From positions 1 through 61,868 of IMG/VR virus record IMGVR_UViG_3300048599_000826: a stretch of 61,868 bases of DNA; one strand, written 5' to 3'. The translations under genes were made by a program, and so were the position numbers. Origin of the DNA: a virus (lineage: Duplodnaviria; Caudoviricetes). The notes below the pieces were generated by a model. That model saw only the letters and a program-made list of their open reading frames with translations. It was not told where the DNA came from and ran no database searches. Of the stretch, positions 57,148 to 61,868 are shown one piece after another; positions within the stretch are counted from its first letter, which is position 1; each line of letters begins with the position of its first letter.

Positions 57148-57480
57148 ATGGTCATGAGCAAGTCGAGTCGTACTTCGTCTGCTGTCCGTACCAACGATTC
57201 CGAGACGCGGCCCGAGAACCCATCGGACGACAAGCGTCCCGTTCACACCATCCGTTACCGCAACCTCAAGGGTGCGATCTGGAAGAACGCCGGCGGCAAC
57301 GGCGACTTCTACACCGTCACCTTGAGCCGCGCCTACCAGGACAAGCAAGAGCAGTGGCATGACGTGACGAGCTTCAACACCGGCGACCTGCCGATGCTCG
57401 CGAAGCTCGCCAACGACTGTCACAGCTGGATCACCTGGCAGGAGCGGAAGGCAACCGAGGAGAAGGGAGAACGCCAATGA
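57148..57480 (+). CDS. small ssDNA-binding-like protein
   Basis: AIWKN..FYTVTLSRAYQD..W...SF motif; AAAGGAG RBS. Confidence 0.65.
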   Translation: MVMSKSSRTSSAVRTNDSETRPENPSDDKRPVHTIRYRNLKGAIWKNAGGNGDFYTVTLSRAYQDKQEQWHDVTSFNTGDLPMLAKLANDCHSWITWQERKATEEKGERQ

Positions 57481-57749
57481 GCGTCTCCATCCCCTTGGGA
57501 CAGACCGTCATTACCGCCAATGCGCAGAACCGCCTTCATCCCGAAGACGTGCTTCTCTGTTTATCCCGCCACGCCCGTGGCGACTGGGGCGAGGAGCTGT
57601 GCGCCCAGGATCGCGCCGAGAACGAGCGTTCACTGCGCGACACCGGCCGCCTTTTCAGCCGCTACCGCGATCGTAACCGCGTGAAGTTTTACATCATCAC
57701 CGAGCACGACCGCTCGATCACCACGGTCCTTCTGCCCGAGGACTACTGA
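57477..57749 (+). CDS. conserved plasmid/ICE-associated protein
   Basis: RHARGDWG..RLFSRY..YIITEHDRSITTVLLPEDY. Confidence 0.75.
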   Translation: MSVSIPLGQTVITANAQNRLHPEDVLLCLSRHARGDWGEELCAQDRAENERSLRDTGRLFSRYRDRNRVKFYIITEHDRSITTVLLPEDY

Positions 57750-57812
57750 CGATCGAACCACGTTTTCTTTCTTTACCCGTTCCAACCATTCCTCAACCAA
57801 AGGAGGTGGCGC

Positions 57813-59048
57813 ATGCCATCCACATGGATCGACTTCCATGCCTTGCGGGAACAGCTTGATCTCGCCGACGTGCTGGAGCACTACGGCGTTTCGATCAAGC
57901 GCTTGCGGGGCGATCAACTCTCGTGTCTCTGCCCGCTGCCGGATCATCCGATCCGGCACGAACCCGGCAAACGCACCGCCAGCTTCAGCGGCAATGTTCG
58001 CAAGGGAGTCTGGCAATGCTTCGGCTGTGGGGCCTCGGGCAACTGCATCGACCTCGCGGTTCTCATGGAGGGGAAAGACCCGCAAGATCGCGAAGCGGTG
58101 CGGGAGGTCGCGTTGCACTTGGCAGAAACCTTCGACCTGCAGTTCGACCGACCGCAGCAGCAGCAGCAGCGACGATTACACCATCAGGAAAGGCCAGACC
58201 GTCCGCAGTTTCGTCGCAACGGCCGACGCCCGACCACAACAAAAAAGGCGATGGACGCTGAAACGTCCACCGCCTTTCGTGATCGAGCAAAGGAGTCCTC
58301 GGCTCAATGCACCCTTCGTGCCCATGAGCGTATCCTTCCCACATCGGTTCGTGAAGATGAAAAATCGGACACCGCGATGCTCCCGGGCAACGAGTTGCCG
58401 GTGGTGGTTAATCCGCCGCTGGGCTTCGAGCTCCAACATCTCGATCCGGCCCATCCGTATCTCGCCTCACGGGGCTTGAGCCCGGCGACGGTCGCGCATT
58501 TCGGACTGGGGCATTGCTCGCGCGGCATGCTGACGGATCGCATCGCGATCCCGCTGCACGACCCACAGGGAACTCTCGTCGGATACGGCGGACGCATCGT
58601 CAATGACAACCTCATCAGCGATGACGTTCCCAAGTATCTGTTTCCCGGAACGCGCGAGCGGGAAGGGATGCGGGTCGAGTTCCGCAAGTCGCTCCTGCTC
58701 TACAACGCCCATCGGATCGCCAAGCCCGTCGATGACCTGATCGTCGTCGAAGGCTTCGCCTCCGTCTGGCATCTGCATCAACTGGGCCACGTGAACGTGG
58801 TCGCGCTGATGGGGTCGAGCTGTTCATCCGAGCAGGCGAGGATCATCGCGGATCTCGTGCATGATGGCGGCCGGATCTGGCTCATGCCGGATGGGGATCA
58901 GGCAGGCGAGCAGTGCGCAACCAACTCGCTACATCACCTCGCATCGGAGCGGTTCTGCCGCTGGGTTCGTCTGAAGGACGGCCAGCAGCCGACCGATCTG
59001 GACGAGAACGCAGTGACGGTGCTGATGAGCATTGCGGTCATGGCGTGA
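57813..59048 (+). CDS. DnaG-like primase (CHC2 zinc finger + Toprim)
   Basis: CPLPDH..CFGC; VVEGF, VALMGS, PDGDQAG. Confidence 0.9.
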   Translation: MPSTWIDFHALREQLDLADVLEHYGVSIKRLRGDQLSCLCPLPDHPIRHEPGKRTASFSGNVRKGVWQCFGCGASGNCIDLAVLMEGKDPQDREAVREVALHLAETFDLQFDRPQQQQQRRLHHQERPDRPQFRRNGRRPTTTKKAMDAETSTAFRDRAKESSAQCTLRAHERILPTSVREDEKSDTAMLPGNELPVVVNPPLGFELQHLDPAHPYLASRGLSPATVAHFGLGHCSRGMLTDRIAIPLHDPQGTLVGYGGRIVNDNLISDDVPKYLFPGTREREGMRVEFRKSLLLYNAHRIAKPVDDLIVVEGFASVWHLHQLGHVNVVALMGSSCSSEQARIIADLVHDGGRIWLMPDGDQAGEQCATNSLHHLASERFCRWVRLKDGQQPTDLDENAVTVLMSIAVMA

Positions 59049-59060
59049 CGACATGTCATT

Positions 59061-59987
59061 TTAAAACAAACATTTCGAGCGATCCAAGAGGATCGCTCTT
59101 TCTTTACCAGCGGTTCCACCCGCAACGGGTTTGGGGACGGGCAGATAGTCTGCCGGCCGCAGCCAGATCGCGGCGAGCGGGTCGCGGATGAGTTGATTGA
59201 AGGTAGTAAGCTGCACCTGCGTGAGAACCGGCGGACGATTCTGCAGCATGCGCTTGGCGGCATTGTCGCGGCGGTCGGTGCTGCGGCAGGAGACGAGGAC
59301 ACGAAAAGGGAAGTCACGGAACTCGCTCCGCGGCCGGTCATATCGAACGGCCAATCCGCCGCGTCGATAGTAATCGGCATAGCAAGCGGCCTTGGTCGCC
59401 AGGGTCGATTGCATTTCCGTGGATCGATCGACTTCGAGGAAGAAGCGGTGCTCGGTGCGAATGCCATTGGCTTCCGTCTCGACGATGCGGATGAACGCGT
59501 CGGGACGGACCAACACCTCAGGAGCGCCGGGCGACGGCGACGCGGTGAACTGGAAGAGCATGGACCAGGTCGTGAACTCGACGATTTCAAATGCTGGCGC
59601 TTCGCCCAGGCGTTTCCAGAACGCCGCGCGCACCTCCAGCACGTCAAGCTCGTGTCGCAGCGTCAAGTCGCTGACCTGGGCGCGCTTGATGAGGTTCGAC
59701 CATCTGATCTGTGGGTAGTCGATCAGGACGCCACGATCCGCGAGCACCGCGAAGGCTGCCCGCGTCAGGTGAAGGATCGAAGGTTCGTAAGCGCGACGAG
59801 GCCGCTCGGCGAGCATTCCAGCGGCCTTGAGCTTCTGAACCCGTTTGGTCGCCGCCTCGACGCTGCCGTTGAAGTGGAACACGGCAGCGTGCCGTAGCGT
59901 CATCAGACGTGCCTCGAACAGGCCGCGCAGGAGCGCGAGATCGCGATCGGTAAGCTGAATCGTGATGCGCGACGGGATGACCGGCAT
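59061..59987 (-). CDS. replication-relaxation (Replic_Relax) family protein
   Basis: LTDRD wHTH start, LRHEL, VRPDAF, FFLEVDRSTE. Confidence 0.82.
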   Translation of the reverse strand: MPVIPSRITIQLTDRDLALLRGLFEARLMTLRHAAVFHFNGSVEAATKRVQKLKAAGMLAERPRRAYEPSILHLTRAAFAVLADRGVLIDYPQIRWSNLIKRAQVSDLTLRHELDVLEVRAAFWKRLGEAPAFEIVEFTTWSMLFQFTASPSPGAPEVLVRPDAFIRIVETEANGIRTEHRFFLEVDRSTEMQSTLATKAACYADYYRRGGLAVRYDRPRSEFRDFPFRVLVSCRSTDRRDNAAKRMLQNRPPVLTQVQLTTFNQLIRDPLAAIWLRPADYLPVPKPVAGGTAGKERAILLDRSKCLF

Positions 59988-60060
59988 CCAATGAATTTTA
60001 TCACAGCCGGCGCGATAGCGGCTGCCTCGCTCGTACACACGCGGGAAATATGGCTCTGTT

Positions 60061-60120
60061 GAGCCATTTTCGAGTGTCGCACAATATCTGTTTTGCGACT
60101 CATGACCTCGAAAACGGCTC
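60061..60120. repeat. nested inverted repeat upstream of relaxase (oriT/operator candidate)
   Basis: GAGCCATTTTCGAG...CTCGAAAACGGCTC enclosing GTCGCA..TGCGAC. Confidence 0.6.
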
Positions 60121-60505
60121 AGTCGAGCCGTTGTTCGTCTTTCGCTCGGCGCGGTAGCGAGCCGACTTCCCTTCCCGGCGTTCGTTCCGAACGCACGCCA
60201 AAGACGGCGCACTCGCAGCGGACGCGTCGGTGCCGATGTGCGCGCGGCGCTCGCACTTGACACCTCTTAGTATTCGTGTCGCGATGATCCCATCGCTGGA
60301 TGAGGCAGCGCAACGAATCTGGTGTGACGACACCACTGCCAGATCGCGATTCCCTCACCCTTCGCCGGAACCGTCGGCGAAGATGAACTTCATGACCGGC
60401 GAGAGACGATCCTCGCCGGCGGTGAGGGAATGGGATACGACAATTCCTTTCGTCATGGACCACACATGTAGAAGGACGTTTCGTCCACTTGGTTTTGGTT
60501 CGAGC

Positions 60506-60820
60506 CGAGCGTGAGCGGCTCGCTCACGCTCGTTCGTTGGTTCTCAACCCGCATCACGGGTTGAGCGTGGGGTGAGTTGTCGGTGCGGCGTCTGGCCGGT
60601 ATCCGGCCAGCGACGGCCCCGACTTCCCGCGGGATGGGCTTGGTCGAACGCGAGTGAGTCGGGCGATAGCTCGGCGAGCGTGTCCGAAAGGATGTCCTTG
60701 ACGATCCTGAAGGACGACGCCTGCGTCGACTTTGTCCGCGTGAGATCCCGAAGCCGATAGGAAGACCAAACCGCGGGAAGTCGGGGGCGGAGTCCGCCCG
60801 ACAACTCACCCCACCACGCG
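60506..60820. repeat. cluster of hairpins and nested 16-bp inverted repeats
   Basis: 60568-83/60798-813 and 60617-32/60771-86 perfect IRs; hairpins at 60506-32 and 60543-65. Confidence 0.8.
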
Positions 60821-60995
60821 TTCATGTCGCGGTTTTCGCGACCACGTGCCCTTCCGCTGTGCTCGGAAGGGAGTGCGGAAAGGCGGTGAGCCTTCAAGGA
60901 CGTCGTTGACGTCCCACCTGAATCCTCTGTCCCATATGAAAACGCGCTCGGTGAGCGCGCCTTCGCATTGCTTTTCATGTAAAGGACTGTCGCGT

Positions 60996-61868
60996 TTACG
61001 CAGTCGTCGACGATCCATTGAGTGCCCTGCCCAGCGCTTCCTGAAGCGCATCGATCACTTGATCGTTGGAAAGCTTCTCCGTCTCGGCCTGGATGATGAC
61101 GACCGCTTTGTACTTGGTGTAGTAGACCCGCTTGGGCTTGGGTGACGCTGAGTCTGCGGTCGAATCGACGTTCATCGGCTTGGCCGGCAACCCCCGCTTT
61201 TCACGGATGCGGTCACGGATCTCGTCCTGGCTGGCACCGGCGAGCAACGCATCGATCAGTTCCGTCTGATCCGCCTCCTTCTCCAGCCGCGCCACGGATG
61301 CCGCGGCGTCATAGCCAATGGAAACTTGCGTCGACGCAAGTTTGGTCTTCAATCGCGTCGGCAGGCTGAGGATCCGCAGCATGCGGCTCACCCAGGTCTC
61401 ATCTTTGCCGATCGCCAGCGCGAGTTGCCGCTGACTTGTGACCTGGTTGTCATCCAACAACGACTGAAGGGCCTCGGCCATCTCCACCGGGCCGACGTCC
61501 TCGCGCTGCACGTTGCTGACAATCGATTTGAGCCGCCGCATCTTCTCATCCTCCGGTTCGCGGATGAGCACTTCGACCTGGAGCAATCCCGCCGCCTTGG
61601 CGGCGCGGTAACGGCGATGGCCGGTGACGATCTGATAGTTTTCGCCTTCACTTCCCTGCGGGGTGACGGTGATCGGCTCGACGAGGCCGACGGACTTGAT
61701 CGAGGCGATGAGACTTTCCATTCCGTGGAAGGTCTTGCGTTCGTTGGCCGGGTCTTCGATCAGACGGTCGAGGCTCACGACCAGCCGGCCGCGTTTCTTG
61801 AATCCGCCCTCAACGAGTCCTTCGCGGATCAGGTCGAGACGGGTCTTTCCTTTAGGCAATTGGGTCAT
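60996..61868 (-). CDS. parB: ParB/Spo0J-family partition protein
   Basis: GLVEPITV, IVTGHRRYRAA, NVQRED, HTH SQRQLALAIGKD. Confidence 0.9.
   Translation of the reverse strand: MTQLPKGKTRLDLIREGLVEGGFKKRGRLVVSLDRLIEDPANERKTFHGMESLIASIKSVGLVEPITVTPQGSEGENYQIVTGHRRYRAAKAAGLLQVEVLIREPEDEKMRRLKSIVSNVQREDVGPVEMAEALQSLLDDNQVTSQRQLALAIGKDETWVSRMLRILSLPTRLKTKLASTQVSIGYDAAASVARLEKEADQTELIDALLAGASQDEIRDRIREKRGLPAKPMNVDSTADSASPKPKRVYYTKYKAVVIIQAETEKLSNDQVIDALQEALGRALNGSSTTA

Larger units (their letters stand above)
41908..61868. mobile_element. integrative island/ICE-IME remnant (continues past window)
   Basis: Integrase next to tRNA 3' end; defence cargo; coupling ATPase, ArdC, primase, Replic_Relax, ParB. 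Confidence 0.8.

Noticed and set aside
58155-58169. (CAG)5 in the primase gene and (GGT)n near 14596
   Set aside because: In-frame low-complexity linkers (poly-Gln, poly-Gly); no phase-variation consequence.
1-61868. CRISPR array, DGR or retron
   Set aside because: No regularly spaced repeats, reverse-transcriptase motif or TR/VR pair seen by eye; a self-alignment would be needed to exclude this fully.

Overview
GC-rich window, most likely from a Planctomycetota genome (Phycisphaerae/Tepidisphaerae-like). Support for this host: an LEPRRLL planctomycete extracellular motif, ATQP linkers, and planctomycete-type integrase N-termini. The window holds two mobile elements joined at a duplicated 3' half of tRNA-Arg(TCT) at about 41.87-41.91 kb. 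Positions 1 to about 41.9 kb are most of an HK97-like siphoviral prophage; attL is outside the window. It carries replication genes, an atypical lysis/accessory block, HNH-cos-terminase-portal-ClpP-capsid, a head-tail cluster with an inserted glycosyltransferase, a frameshifted tail chaperone, tape measure and tail-tip genes. It also carries a DNA methylase, an RHH-type switch, an early operon (csrA, a BlaI-like regulator, three tRNA or tRNA-like RNAs), xis and int. Positions about 41.9 kb to the end are an integrative island with a truncated integrase. The island carries (i) an E2-like/JAB/ThiF(E1)/13-Cys zinc-finger operon lacking a CD-NTase or a visible ubiquitin-like protein, (ii) a lower-GC Dcm-GHKL ATPase-MTase-fold-Vsr-HNH cassette, and (iii) a mobilisation/replication module (coupling ATPase, ArdC, primase, Replic_Relax, ParB) with large nested inverted repeats. 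The best candidates for something undescribed are the ubiquitination-like operon and the phage tRNA-mimic RNAs. All calls come from motif reading; no searches were run.
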